A program made the translations under genes and the position numbers. The notes under the pieces are model-generated. The model searched no databases. It was not told the origin of the DNA and worked only from the letters and a program-made list of their open reading frames with translations. Source: the human T2T-CHM13v2.0 reference genome, Homo sapiens. Taken from it: a DNA stretch of 64,000 bases. The first letter of the stretch is position 1. Each line of letters begins with the position of its first letter. Location of the stretch: NCBI RefSeq assembly GCF_009914755.1, contig NC_060938.1; one strand, given 5' to 3'. Positions 15,017 through 32,450 of the stretch are shown here, piece after piece.

Positions 15017-15770
15017 TGTGGCATAGTGACTTGTGTCACTAAAAAAGTAACTCTCTTTAGAATTTGGAACTCAATAATACTTTTCTTGAACCATAAATGA
15101 ATGTCAATAAGAATTAACATAACTTAACGAGGGTGCATCAGTACCAATAGGAGATTATTTTTCAAAGATACCTACCGAGTGCAGAAGTCAGAAAAGCAAT
15201 TCTTTGTTGAGAAGTGCAGGTTATGTTACATAGTCTTGTACCAACAAGGTCTCACTATTATCTACTTCATTCCCTCTAAGTTGAAACCAAATAAGATATA
15301 TTTACTTCATTAGAACAAGATATGTTGTTCTATCTGCTGGATAATTAGTGTGTTAATAGTAATTTTGTTACAACAAGTTACTCTGTTCCTACTAGCCAAA
15401 ATATTATCATTATAAATATCCAACTAGCTCAATTCTAGGCTCAACAAATTATAATAAAAGTGGAAAAAGTTTTCACAATAACAAAAGTGCTACTGTGATA
15501 CCTAAATGTGACACAATACATTGTACAATATGAACTGTATTAGTACTTCTTTAATTTATTACATATTTATCAAAGGACTTCTATAAGTTAGATTTTGCAA
15601 GATGCAGGAGACCAAGATGGAATACACATAGTCTGGGTCTTTAAGGTGCTCATAATACATTAGAGCTGTCTCTATTGAATTTCTGCATTTTTCCAACAGA
15701 ATTTCCTAACTATGTTTTTTATTTGTTTATCCACTTGTCCACTTAACAAATAACTGTCAGGTATCTTTAG

Positions 15771-15886
15771 GGTACTAAGCATCTTTCTTGTTATTATCAT
15801 TGTCATTTTTTATTATTTACTACTTTATTAAGGTACTAAGCATTTTTCTTGTTATTATCATCTTTTTTATTATTTACTACTTTATT
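15771..15886. repeat. Two-copy ~60-bp tandem duplication
   Basis: ggtactaagcat.tttcttgttattatcat...tattatttactactttatt at 15771 and 15832. Confidence 0.9.
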
Positions 15887-16017
15887 TAGTGCTTACTCTG
15901 TGCCAGAACCCCTTTGGGAGCTTATAATTATCACTTATTATGTCATTACCATATTCAGTATGTGTCAGACATTTTATATCCAACGTGAAGAATTAAAGCT
16001 TTAAAAAGTTTGATAGT

Positions 16018-16419
<402 letters not shown>

Positions 16420-16443
16420 TTAACCAGACTGTGTGTTTGGCAG

Positions 16444-16541
16444 AAGGAACATCTGAAGGAACACCTGACGAGGCTGCACCCTTGACAGAAAGAACACCTG
16501 ACATGGCTGAAAGCTTGGTGGAAAGAACACCTGACGAATAG
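16444..16541 (+). pseudogene. Exon 7, 5' part, ending in an LTR-derived TAG
   Basis: EGTSEGTPDEAAPLTERTPDMAESLVERTPDE*, TAG at 16539-16541. Confidence 0.92.
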
Positions 16542-17136
16542 GATACAGTGAATTCATCTTCAAAGATTTTAGCCTGTAAAAATCCTTTAAAATTCAAGAG
16601 GGGGAAGATTAAGTACAGTGAGTTCTGAGTTCCTCATCAAAAAAAAAATATGTCAGTATGTCCAGCTTCTCTGTTCTTTTTTCTCCGTTTTAAAGTTTAA
16701 CTTCCTCGTTCGTTATGCCTCCTTGCCCCTAGTTTCATTAAACAACCCCCTCCTAGCCTCTAACCCCTGCTTTGTCTTTAGTCATTCTTAGTCACCTGCT
16801 CTGTCCTTAGTCATCCTTAGACACCTGCTCTGTAACTGGCTTTCCCGCTGAAACTACTCACCCTGCCACTCCAGCTTATACCCCTACTCTCTTTGAAATA
16901 GCCAATCTGAATTAGCTTAGAGTGTGCAGTCCAACCCTATCCAATAGGGAAAAGACACAACAGTAGGGACTAGCTGTGTTAGGAATAAGAACACTTTCCC
17001 CTCCCTTGTCCGGTGTGATCTTGCCATTGCTCCATCTGCAAGACCACTCTTCCATAGAAGTAATTTTGCCTTGCTGTAAAAACTTGTGGCTGGAGTGCTG
17101 ACTGTTCTTTGTGGCACCAAAAATTTATTTTCCACA
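16539..17136 (+). mobile_element. 5' LTR (LTR10 family)
   Basis: Homologous to 28609-29215. Ends ...tccaca and lacks the initial TG. Confidence 0.9.
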
Positions 17137-17140
17137 AATT

Positions 17141-17158
17141 TGGGGGCCCACCCAGCAT
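17141..17158 (+). promoter_or_regulatory. Primer-binding site, tRNA-Pro-like (degenerate)
   Basis: tgggggcccacccagcat versus the PBS-Pro sequence TGGGGGCTCGTCCGGGAT, just after the LTR. Confidence 0.7.
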
Positions 17159-18604
17159 TCCCATTCTCCTCTGGGGGAGGGTCCAGTCCTCTCCCATGAG
17201 GAGGCGCACCCCGCTGCCTTGTTGCAGTGGCCATAAAGGTAAGGAATCAAGACTCAACTGGTGCGATTAATAAACCTGGGCTCTCAGCAACGTGGAAAGA
17301 AACAGGCCAGCATCTTTGGGGAAAGGATCTTCACATGCCGTGGTGACCAGGTAACTGTGCATAGACTGAGGTAAGAAATGTCACAGGGGTGACAAAGTAT
17401 TTCCTTGGTGGTCGGGATATTCTGGAGGTTGAAAGTATGTGTGAATGATCACAAGCACTACTGCTTGTGGTGCTGTTTGTGTGGATGATACTAAGCATTA
17501 CTGCTGTGAGGAGTGAGTGGGTCCTATCTGCGGTTTTTTATTTGAATAAAAAACCTTTGAAGAGGAATTCACTGTATCCTCACAGGGCTCAGGGCAGATC
17601 CTGCTGTGGGTTTTATACCATGGTGCCAATGCTAAGAGGGACCTAAAATTCCTGGGAGGGAAGCAACCAGAGTGGATGAAGCAAAAGAAGGGGGCAAGGA
17701 GCCTCCAGTAGGTGGGGTTAAAAGATAGGGAAGAAATCTCTAGCATGTGGGATTGAGCCTAACCAGGACCTAACATGGGAAAAGCCCCAAGTAAAACAGG
17801 GAGCAAAAAAGAAGAGGATAGTAACAAAGACATGCCCCCTGATAGTCCCCTGGGTCTCATGTTAAAATATTGGAAGGATAATGAGAGGAGTAAACATAAG
17901 AAAAAGCATCAGAAGATAAAATATTGCTGTTTCATTTGGACCCAATGTCCCATTTTCAAACCCTCAATCTTCTGGCCAAAGTTTGGGTCGAATGAGGATG
18001 TAATGTGTCAACTTCTAATTCAATATGTTAATGTTAAAAATCTGGTTTCTCAAGAAGAACTAGACTATGCTCTTTGTTGGAGACAGGGACCTGTCTTTAT
18101 TCCCTTAAAGACAACTAGGGAAGAACCCGATCCAGCATCTCAAATTGAAAAGTCAGACGAGCTGACTCCCACACCTAAAGCCAGCACATGGGATCCCCTA
18201 TACCATTTTGCCCTGCTCAGTGCCTCTGACCCTTCCTCTTGGGCAGCTGCTGCCACCCCAGATCCCACCCCAGATCCTTCTCCTGCTCATGATGTTCCTC
18301 CTCCTTACAACTCTAATTCTTGGGAGTTATCATCCCATGAGCCTGTCCCCTGTCAACCTAAATACCTCTCCTTAAAGGGACTCCAGCATGAGGTACAGCA
18401 ATGTAAATAGGACATTCAGAACTTCCCTTTTCTCTCCACACCTAAGGAGTCAGCCCCAACTCTCTTCCCCTTAAAAGACATGCCACAAGGAGGAGGAGCC
18501 ATTGTATTTGTGAAGGCTCCCTTGACCAGTTCAGAAGCCTGAAGTTTGAAAAAGGAAATTAAGCCATTGTTAGATGAACCTTATGAGGTAGCAAATCAGG
18601 TTGA

Positions 18605-23051
<4,447 letters not shown>

Positions 23052-23071
23052 AAAAGTTGTCCAGATATTTC

Positions 23072-23365
23072 TTTTTATTTTTTTGAGATGGAGTCTCTGT
23101 CTGTCACGCAGGCTGGAGTGCAATGGTGCAATCTTGATTCACTGCAAGCTCCGCCTCCAGGGTTTGCTCCATTCTCCTGCCTTAGCCTCCCCAGTAGCTG
23201 GAACTACAGATGCCCACCACTACGCCCAGCAATTTTTTTGTATTTTTAGTAGAGACGGGGTTTCTCTGTGTTAACCAGGATGGTCTCAATCTCCTGACCT
23301 CGTGATCCATCCACCTCGGCCTCTCAAAATGCTGTGATTACAGGCATGAGCCACTGCGCCTAGCC
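23072..23365 (-). mobile_element. AluY-like
   Basis: 19-bp TSD aa(a/c)gttgtccagatatttc at 23053-23071 and 23366-23384. Confidence 0.95.
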
Positions 23366-23813
23366 AACGTTGTCCAGATATTTCAAAAAAGTTACAAAAA
23401 TTAGAAGATTGGGAAAACTGACCTCAAGTGAACTTCTCAGAGAGATTCAAAAAGTATCTGTGAAGAGAGACGAAGAAAAGCAAAAACAAAAGACAAAACT
23501 TATGTTATTCACCTTCCAACAGATGGCTCCAAATCCATGTACCCCTAAACAGAGCTTCCAGTGGGCCAGAAACTATAAAGGTTCCAAACCCTCCTTTAAA
23601 GGACCCAAGCCTCCATTGGGAGGATCAAGGCTCTCGTCTACCAGGCCATCTAAATAGTATAGGGGAGTAAAATCAAAGAATCCCAGAACTGAGAGTGGGG
23701 AAGGGCAAGGTAGGCACTAAAAATGTGGAAGAACAGGCCACTTCAAGAGAGAATGTCCCAAATTAGAAAAGGAAAAAGAGGCCCTTCCACTCATGGCTTT
23801 TGAGGAAGAATAA

Positions 23814-26688
23814 TGGGGTCAGGGGTTCTGTCTCTTTTATCTTGAGTCCCACCAGGAGCCCTTGATAAGTCTAGAAGTGGGACCTAAGCATGATTTTATA
23901 ACATTTTTAGTCAATTCAGGAGTGGCTCGATCCTCTGTTTGTTTTCCCCCCATCTAATATTGCCTACTCTTCAGGGGAACTTTTGGTTTGTGGGGTAAAT
24001 GGAGAAGGATTTAAAGCAAAAATTTTAGAAAACACAGAAGTCAGATACCAGGCTCAATCAGCTCATATTCAGTTTTTGCTAATCCCTAAAGCAGGGACTA
24101 ATTTACTAGGGAGGGATTTAATGTTGAAGTTAGGCATAAGCCTGCAACTCGGCCCAAGAGGTTTCCTCACCTCATTAAAGCTACTCACCACTGCAGATGA
24201 CAAATATATTAATCCTAATGTCTGATCCAAAGAAGGAAACTGAGGGAACCTCTGAGTCCCTCCAACCACATCAAGCTAAAAATCCCCAAGGAAGTAGTAA
24301 GGAGGAAACAATACCCCATTCCCCTAGAGGGCAGGATAGGTTTGAAACCTATAATTGAAAGTCTTATTAAAAATGGGCTTCTTGAGCCCTCTATGTCCCC
24401 TTAAAACACCTCAACATTGCCAGTCAAGAAATCAGATGGGTCATACCGGCTGGTACAGGACTTTAGGGCTATTAACCAAATAGTCCAATCTACCCACCCC
24501 ATTGTCCTCGATCCTTACACAATTCTCAGCAAGATTCCATATAATAATCAATGGTTTACTGTAATAGATTTGAAGGATGCTTTTTGGGCATGTCTCCTGG
24601 CAGAAGATAGGCAAGATATATTTACTTTTGAGTGGGAGGATCCCCATTCAGGGTAGAAACAACACTATCGATGGATAGTCTTACCCCAAGGGTTCACAGA
24701 CTCCCCTAACCTTTTCAGTCAAATTTTAGAACAAGTATTAGAAAAAGTTATCATCCCAAACAAATATGCCTGCTCCAATATGTTGATGATATTCTTATAT
24801 CTGGTGAAGATATAGAGAAGGTAGCTGGCTTCTCTACACATATTCTCAACCATCTGCAGTTCGAGGAGTTATGAGTCTCGAAGAAAAAAGCTTCAGTATG
24901 TAGAACCTGAAATTAAATATTTAGACCAGTTGATAAGTGCAGAGAAGTGAAGAATAGGGCCTGAATGAGTTGAGGGAATCGTGTCCCTACCCTTGCCTCA
25001 AACTTAAACAAGAACTCAGGAAATTTTTAGGGTTAGTTGGATACTGCTGCTTATGGATTAACTCACATGCACTAAACAGTAAACTTCTATATCCAAAATT
25101 TGCCGAGGGGAAGACTGACGACCTGCTGTGGACCTCTGAAGAAGTCGATCAGGTTAAAGAGCAGATAAAAAGGCTTATAACAGCCCCTGTCTTAGCCTTA
25201 CCTTCCCTAGAAAAGCCATTCCACCTTTTTGTCAACGTGGATAATGGGGTAGCATTAGCAGTGCTCACTTAAGAACACGGAGGCCATCAGCAGCCCATCG
25301 TGGCCTTCCTGTCAAAAGCCTTAGATTCAGTTACTAGTGGGTGGCCTCAATGTATCCAATCCATTGTGACTACAGCACTAATGGTCAAAGAAATCAGGAA
25401 GTTAACCTTTGGAGGAAAATTGACAGTGAGAAAGCCCCATCAAGTTAGAAATATCTTAAATCAGAAAGCAGGGAGGTGGCTTACTGACTCAAGAATCTTA
25501 AAGTATGAGACTATTCTGTTAGAAAAAGATGATTTAACATTAACCACTGATAATTCTCTTAACGCAGCAGTTTTTCTAATAGGGGATCCAAATCTAAAGA
25601 GATAGCACACATGTTTAGATTTAACTGATTACCATACAAAGGTCTGACAAGACCTAGGATAAACTCCCTTCAGGATGGGATGACACTTAATTATAGATGG
25701 CTCCTCCCAGGTGATTGAGGCAAAAAGATGCAACAGGGAATTCAGTAATTGATGGAGAAACTCTTGAAGAAATTGAGGCAGGAAAATTGTCTAATAATTG
25801 GACTGCCCAAACTTGTGAGCTGTTTGCACTCAGCCGAGCCTTAAAGTACTTGCAGAACTAGGAAGGAGCCATCTATACCAATTCTAAGTACGCCTTTGGA
25901 GTGGCTCATAGATTCGGAAAAATTTGGACTGAACGAGGTCTCATTAATAGTAAACGTCAAGATCTTGTTCATAAGGAGCTATTCACCCAAGTATTGAATA
26001 ACCTTCAGTTGCCAGAAGAAATAGTGACTGTCCATGTCCCCAGACACCAGAAAAGTCTTTCTTTTGACAGTCTAGGAAATAACCTAGCAGATTACATAGG
26101 CAAACAGGCTGCCATTTCTTTTAAAACATCTATTTTTCACTGAACTCTTTACCTTCCTCCTCCTGACATAATCTCCATTTTCTCCTCCACGGAAAAGAGA
26201 AACTAATAAAAATAGGTGCTAAGGAGAATTCAAAAGAAAAGTGGATACTGCCAGAGCAGAGGGAAATGTTGTCCAAACCCCTTATGAGGGAAAACTTGTC
26301 CCAACTTCATCAAGGGACCCACTGGGGTCCCAAGCCATGTGTGACAGAGTTCTGAAAGTTTTTGGGTGTATAGGGATTTATACTCTGGCCAAACAGGTTA
26401 CAGACAGTGGCTTAGTGTGTAAGAAAACTAATAAACAAACTATAAAAAGATTACCCCTTGGTAGAAGGAGTCCAGACTTAAAGTATCCAGATTGATTACA
26501 CAGAGATGCCTTCAATAGGTCGTCTAAAATATTTACTAGTGACAGTAGATCACCTTACTCACTGGGTCAAAGCTATTCCCTTTTCAAATGTGATGGCCAA
26601 TAATGTAGTTAAGGCCTTAATTGAAAATATAGTGCCCAGGTTTAGGCTAATAGAAAACATTGACTTAGACAATGGAACCCATTTTGCC
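23814..26688 (+). pseudogene. pol: ERV pro-pol remnant (PR, RT, RNase H, truncated IN)
   Basis: NLLGRDL, YRLVQDFRAIN, DLKDAF, YVDD at 24779-24790, RNase H region, IN LVTVDHLTHW..DNGTHF. Confidence 0.9.
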
Positions 26689-28565
26689 TGAAACTATTAC
26701 ATTTGATGCTTGCCTTGTTATACCTTGTGGAGCCTTGTCAGGCCAAAGACAGCTCTCCACTTCAGAAAAGTACCTCTGTACTTCCCGGCTGTCCTCAGAC
26801 TGGACATTAGTGAATTTGGATCATTTAGTCTGGGAAAGTTTCAATGAAGACCCCAGTGTCAACTGGGAGTCTTGCCCCCTTTACACAAAGCTTTTATGAC
26901 GTAGTTGGTCCAACTATGTGCAAGTGAGAGCAAGGATGGACTGCCCCAACCAGTAGTTGTAATTCCTAAAACCATACATTCATTTTACTAAAGATATAGC
27001 TCCCCCTAACTTTCAGGTAAACTAGTGTAACTCAATACAGCTTATTATTTCAAACTCTCAAAGTTCTTCCCCTTCTCTAAGTCAATTCCCTTCTTTAAGC
27101 TGGTTTTATGATATGGGGGCTGAGTTTTCAGAAATAGACCCTATTGGATCTTTGAAATATGCTTCATTGCTCCCCTACTGTCTACAGCTTCCCCTAAGTC
27201 TTCTTCCAAAAACTCTCACAATGAAACTGTTGTTCCTCCTCCATCTAATGACAAGACCAAGGTAGCTATTGTAGAAGTTAAAGATCTAAAACAAACTTTG
27301 GCAACTGAGACAGGATATCAAGATGCGAATGCCTGGTTGGAATGGATCAAATACTCCATTCACACTTTAAACAAAAGCAATTGTTATGCTTGTGCACACG
27401 GCAGACCAGAGGCCCAGATTGTCCCCTTTCCACTAGGATGGTCCTTCAGTCGACCAGGCATGGGCTGTATGGTAGCTCTTTTCCAGGGTTCCACAGCCTG
27501 GGATAACAAGTCATGTCAATCTCTCTCTCTGCTATATCCCAAAGTTCAACACCCTGCAGGTCAGCCCCCAAGGGCCAACCAGCTTCCGTCTCCCGACACT
27601 AAGTTCACTTCATGTCTCTCACAACAAGGAGGAAACTTAGCTTTGCTTGGAGACCTAAAAGGATGCAGTAAGCTTAAGACTTTCCAAGAGCTTACCAATC
27701 AGTCAGCCCTTATACACCCCTGAGCAGATTTATGGTGCTATTGTGGTGGACCTTTACAGGACACTCTGCCAAGTAACTGGAGCAGCGCTCTTGCTCTAGT
27801 CTAGTTGGCTATACTTTTCACTCTGGCATTTCATCAACCAGAAAAAGGGAAACCACAACATCGTAAAGCAAGGGAAGTCCTTTATGGGTCTTTTGACTCC
27901 CACGTTTATTTAGATGCTATTGGAATCCCATGAGGAGTACCAGATACATTTAAGCCCAAGATCAAATAGCTACCGGATTTGAATCGATATTTTGGTGGGT
28001 GACAATAAAAACGTAGATTGGATAAATTACATCTATAATAATCAACAGTGGTTTGTTAATTACAGCAGGGATGTTGTCAAGGGAATAGCAGAACAATTGA
28101 GGCCCACTAGCCAGATGGCCTGGGAAAACAGAATGGCCCTAGATACGATATTAGCTGAAAAAGTGGTGTTTGTGTTACGATTAAAACTCAGTGTTGTACC
28201 TTTATCCATTGGGGGCAAACAACACTGCCCCCAATGGGAGCATAACAAGGGCCCTACAAGGATTTACTACTTTATCCAATGAATTAGCTAAAAATTCTGG
28301 AGTCAATAACCCTTTCTCAAGATGGCTAGAAAGGTGGTTCAGTAAATGGAAAGAAATCATAGTCCCAATTCTTACTTCTCTTACAGCAGTAACGGGTGTA
28401 CTCATTCTTGTTGGGTGTTGTGTCATACCATGCATCCATGGGCTAGTGCAAAGGCTTATAGAAACAACACTTTCTAAAACCTCCCTTAGCTGTCCGCCAC
28501 CTTATTCAGATAGGCTTTTCCTTTTAGAGGATCAAGTTGAAAAAAAAAAAGCCAAGACATGTTAA
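26689..28565 (+). pseudogene. env: ERV env remnant (N-terminus deleted)
   Basis: CYAC motif, furin site RKAR at 27862-27873, ISD-like WENRMALDTILAE, hydrophobic TM segment. Confidence 0.88.
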
Positions 28566-28608
28566 AAAGGTTTGAAGAGGAAGGGCTACAAAAATTGAAA
28601 GAGGCAAT

Positions 28609-29215
28609 TGTAGAATACAGTGAATTACTCTTCAAAGGTTTTAACCTGTTAACGTCCTTTAAAATTCAAGAGAGGGAAGATTGTTAAGTACAGTGAGTTC
28701 TCAGTTCCTCTTCAAAGAGCCAATAAGTCAATATGTTCAGCTTCTCTGTTCTTTGTTCTCCATTTTAAAGTTTAACTTCCTCATTCTTTATGCCTCCTTG
28801 CCCCTAGTTTCAGTAAACGACCCCCTCCTAGTCCCTATCACCTACTCTGTCCTTAGTCATTCTTAGTCACTTGCTCTGTCCTTAGTCATCTTTAGTCACC
28901 TGCTCTGTAACCATCCTTCCTGAGGAAACTACCCACCCTGCCACTCTGGCTTGCACCCCTGTCCTCTTTGAAGTAGCCGGTCAAAATTAGCTTATAGTGT
29001 GCGGTCCAACTCTAGCCAATAGGGGAAAGATACAGCAGTAGGGACTATCTGCATTAGGAATAAGAACCCTTTCCCCTCCCTTATCCAGTGTGCTCTTGCC
29101 ATTGCTCCATCCTCAAGACTCACCCTTCTATAGAAGTAAATTTGCCTTGCTGGAGTGTTAACTTGTTACTGGAGTGCTAACTCTTCTTTGTGGCACCAAA
29201 AAGTTATTTCCAACA
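28609..29215 (+). mobile_element. 3' LTR (LTR10 family)
   Basis: TG...CA termini after a purine tract. CCAAT at ~29016, AGTAAA at 29135-29140. Confidence 0.92.
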
Positions 29216-29219
29216 CGAA

Positions 29220-29524
29220 GCTGCACCCTTGGAGGAGGGAACATCTGACGAAGTTCAATGCTTGGGGAAAACAATATCTGGAAAGATTGAACAGTCAGCA
29301 GGAGAAACACCTAGGAAAATTACAAGACCTGTGAAAAAAAATCTGAGAAATTTGCATGGCCACAAGAAAGACCTACAAAGACCACATGTGAGGAAGAAGA
29401 AACATCTGTAAAGACTGAATGCGTGGCAGGAGTAACATCTAATAAAATTGAAGTTTTGGAAGAAGGAACATCTAAGATGATCACATGTCCTACAAAAAAA
29501 CAGCTACAAAAGCAAGTACAAATG
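29220..29524 (+). pseudogene. Exon 7, 3' part (frameshifted)
   Basis: AAPLEEGTSDEVQCLGKTISGKIEQSAGETPRK... as in ANKRD30A. Donor ATG|GTAAGA at 29525. Confidence 0.9.
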
Positions 29525-30288
29525 GTAAGATGCTTGAGTGAACTTTGTAGAGTTTATTGGCACTTTGGGTTCCCTAGTGGAAATAGTGTGGTATGGGAGT
29601 AGTCGGGAATGGCTTGAATGTCTAGATAAGGCAAGCTTAGGCAACACATTTTAATAGTGTAGAAATGAGTAGATCTTATTCTGTAGGCCCTGGAAAAATT
29701 CCCAGAATACTTCTGGCTGTAAATATTAGATGAACTAACTAACAATTGCTAAAACCATAGAAACCAAAGTTGTTTTGGTGGTAAAGGGATATTATAGGAT
29801 CTCACTCTCTCCCCCCATTATTAGTTGTGCTATCAGCAGCGTTTTGTTCATGTCTCCTTTCTTGGTTGGCTAATTAGCAACAGCTCCAATCATCATGCTA
29901 ACTAAAGACAATATATGAAGGCTGGGAGGGTTGCTTTTGTTCACATTTTTTTTTTAAATAGGAAGAAAACTTGGAAGCTTGCAGTAATCTTCCTGTAACA
30001 TTTTATTTGCTGGATTATACTACATGCTTATTTCTATAGCAATCACTAGGAAACCAAATGTAATTACTGAGATTAGCTTAGAATAATGATTTTTCTTTTA
30101 AGATTGGATAGGGGTAATGGAATAATAAATATCTAAATGAACTTGTGTTTCTGCAGCAATAAAGAATAAGTAATGACTATGCATAGGAAGCCAGTAAAGT
30201 TTTCTGCAGGAACTCAGTGGAAAAGTTTGAGTAGGGGAGTCACAAGATTAGATTTGAGTATCAGGGCATTCTGGTCACGGTATAAAGA

Positions 30289-30500
30289 AGAGATTGGCAA
30301 ACTTTTCCTGTAAAGTGCCAGATAGCGAATATGTTGGGCCATGTGGTCTCTATTACAGCTATTCAACTCTGCCATTGTAGGGTGAAAGGAGTCATAGATA
30401 ATGGATGGGCAAAGAGGCATGATCGTACTCCAATAAAAGTCTGTATAAAAAACATTTAGTAAGCTGAATTTGGCCTGTGGCCTATAGTTTCTGGCCCTTC
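30289..30500. mobile_element. MER58-like hAT-Charlie element
   Basis: ggcaaacttttcctgtaaag.gccagatag...caactctgccattgtag...ggcctatagttt. Confidence 0.8.
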
Positions 30501-31059
30501 ATATAGAAGATAGATGGAGGATAATCACATAAAAAGATTTAAAGATGAAGCTTTTGTAGTAGTTCATGTGATAGTTTTTTTTTTTTTTGTAACCAATCTG
30601 TGGCCTAGTATCAATCTATTATGAAAGTTTGATCCGTCAAGGGTAAAATGAATCAAGTTCAGAAGCTCAATTTACACATTTAAACATGTAGGTCCTTCTT
30701 TGGCATTATTTTATTTTGATTAATTTTTTTAACTTAAAAAATAAGAACAGTAATTTGTAGGGTTTCTTTTTCCCTGTGAAATCCATCAGTTAAGGGGCCA
30801 CGTTTAACTAGGAAATATAAATATAAAATAAATAAGTACGTATTTCCAGTGGTACTGGAAAGATAAAGCAAAGGCAGAAAAGAGGTGCAGTTAATATGGC
30901 TTAGTGATAATTGAGTTTAAAAAGCTAGGGGATAGATAAAATCTCAGGTCACTCATAAGTTTTCAGATTGTGCACAAGGATTTACAATGCTCATGGGGAA
31001 GGAGTAGGAATTTGTCAGGTTAACAGAGAAGTGCAAACAGTCATGGGACAGACCAATAG

Positions 31060-32450
31060 TTTTCTTCACATGTTGAGTTCAATGAAACATTCATGGGGGA
31101 TACATTCAGTAGGCAATTGGATTATATGCATTTCTAGCTGGAGATAGAACTCTGGTTGAAAATGCAGGCTTAGAATACTTTTATTATAATTATTAGGCAA
31201 AGCCATAGATCTCAATGAGCTTATCCATGAGGCAGAAGATGTAGAATAAAAAGAAAGCCATTGAGAAAACCCTGGGAATATCAACATTTCACAAGAGTCA
31301 AAGGACTTGGTAAAGGAGGCTGAGCAGTGGTTAAAGAAATGTAGGAGAGGAGTCTGAGAAAGTGATGTTACCAATTTCTTTTAAATGTGAGAATTTCAAG
31401 CAGTAAAATTACTCAAAAGTCTACTGGATTTAACTTACAAGTTCTTCAGTGGTAATCTGTTCAAAAGAATTATTTTAGAGTTGTTAGGTATACTTTTGAT
31501 GTGATTGATATTTCTGGTATCCAAGAAGAAATCTCCCAAGATCCTACCTAACTTTTTGTAACTAAAGCAGCATACATACACAGGGAGTGGGAAAATGTCT
31601 AGACTGGTGAGTACACATACCAACATTTTTCCAGAATTTTCTTCCTCCTTATTATACCACTTGAGCAAGGGGTTTAGAGATTTTAGACTATACTTGGGAA
31701 TTTGTCTATTTCTCTTGCAGTTCTGTCAATTTTTGTATCATGTATTTTGAAGCATTTGTGTTATTATTACATAAATATTTAGGACAGTTATGTTTTCTTG
31801 ATTAATTGAACCCTTTGTCACTATAAAATGACCTTGTTTATTGCTGGTAATATTTTTGCTATGAAATGTACTTTGGTGTTAATACAACCACTCTTCCTCA
31901 GCCTTCTTTTTTCAAGTGTTAGTGTGGTATATCTTGTTTCATCTTTTAACCAATTTTTGTCTTTATATTTAAAGTTTATTTCTTATACACATTATACAAG
32001 TAAGACTTGCTTTTTTATCCATTCTGACAATCTACCTTTGAGCAGAGGTTTTTAGGCCAGTTTAATTTATAATGTAATTATTGATATGATTAGAGTTGTC
32101 TGTCATCACACTGTTTGATTTCTATTAGTCCCAGATCTTCTTTGCTTTGCTTTTTTTCTTTTTCTGCTTCCTTCAGACTAGTTTAGTAATTTTTATGATT
32201 TAGTTACATATCTGTATATGCATAACTTTTTTAGTTATTAATCTAGTTTTACATTTCTTTATGATTTAGTCATATCTTTTTTGGTATAAGTTTATTTGGT
32301 ATTAGGTATAACTCTTTGTTGTCTTAGTAGTTGCTTTAGGATTTATACTGTATGAATTTACCTCATCACAATCCACCTTCAAGTAATATTATATCATATC
32401 ATAGATGGTATAAGAAATTACAATCATATTTTCATTTCTTTTCTGTCAGC
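31060..32450. mobile_element. Ancient L2 (~31060-31500) and L1M (~31690-32450) fragments
   Basis: Degenerate similarity to recalled consensus motifs. Boundaries approximate. Confidence 0.45.

Noticed and set aside
26689-28565. Co-opted (syncytin-like) env
   Set aside because: N-terminus deleted, with many stops and frameshifts.
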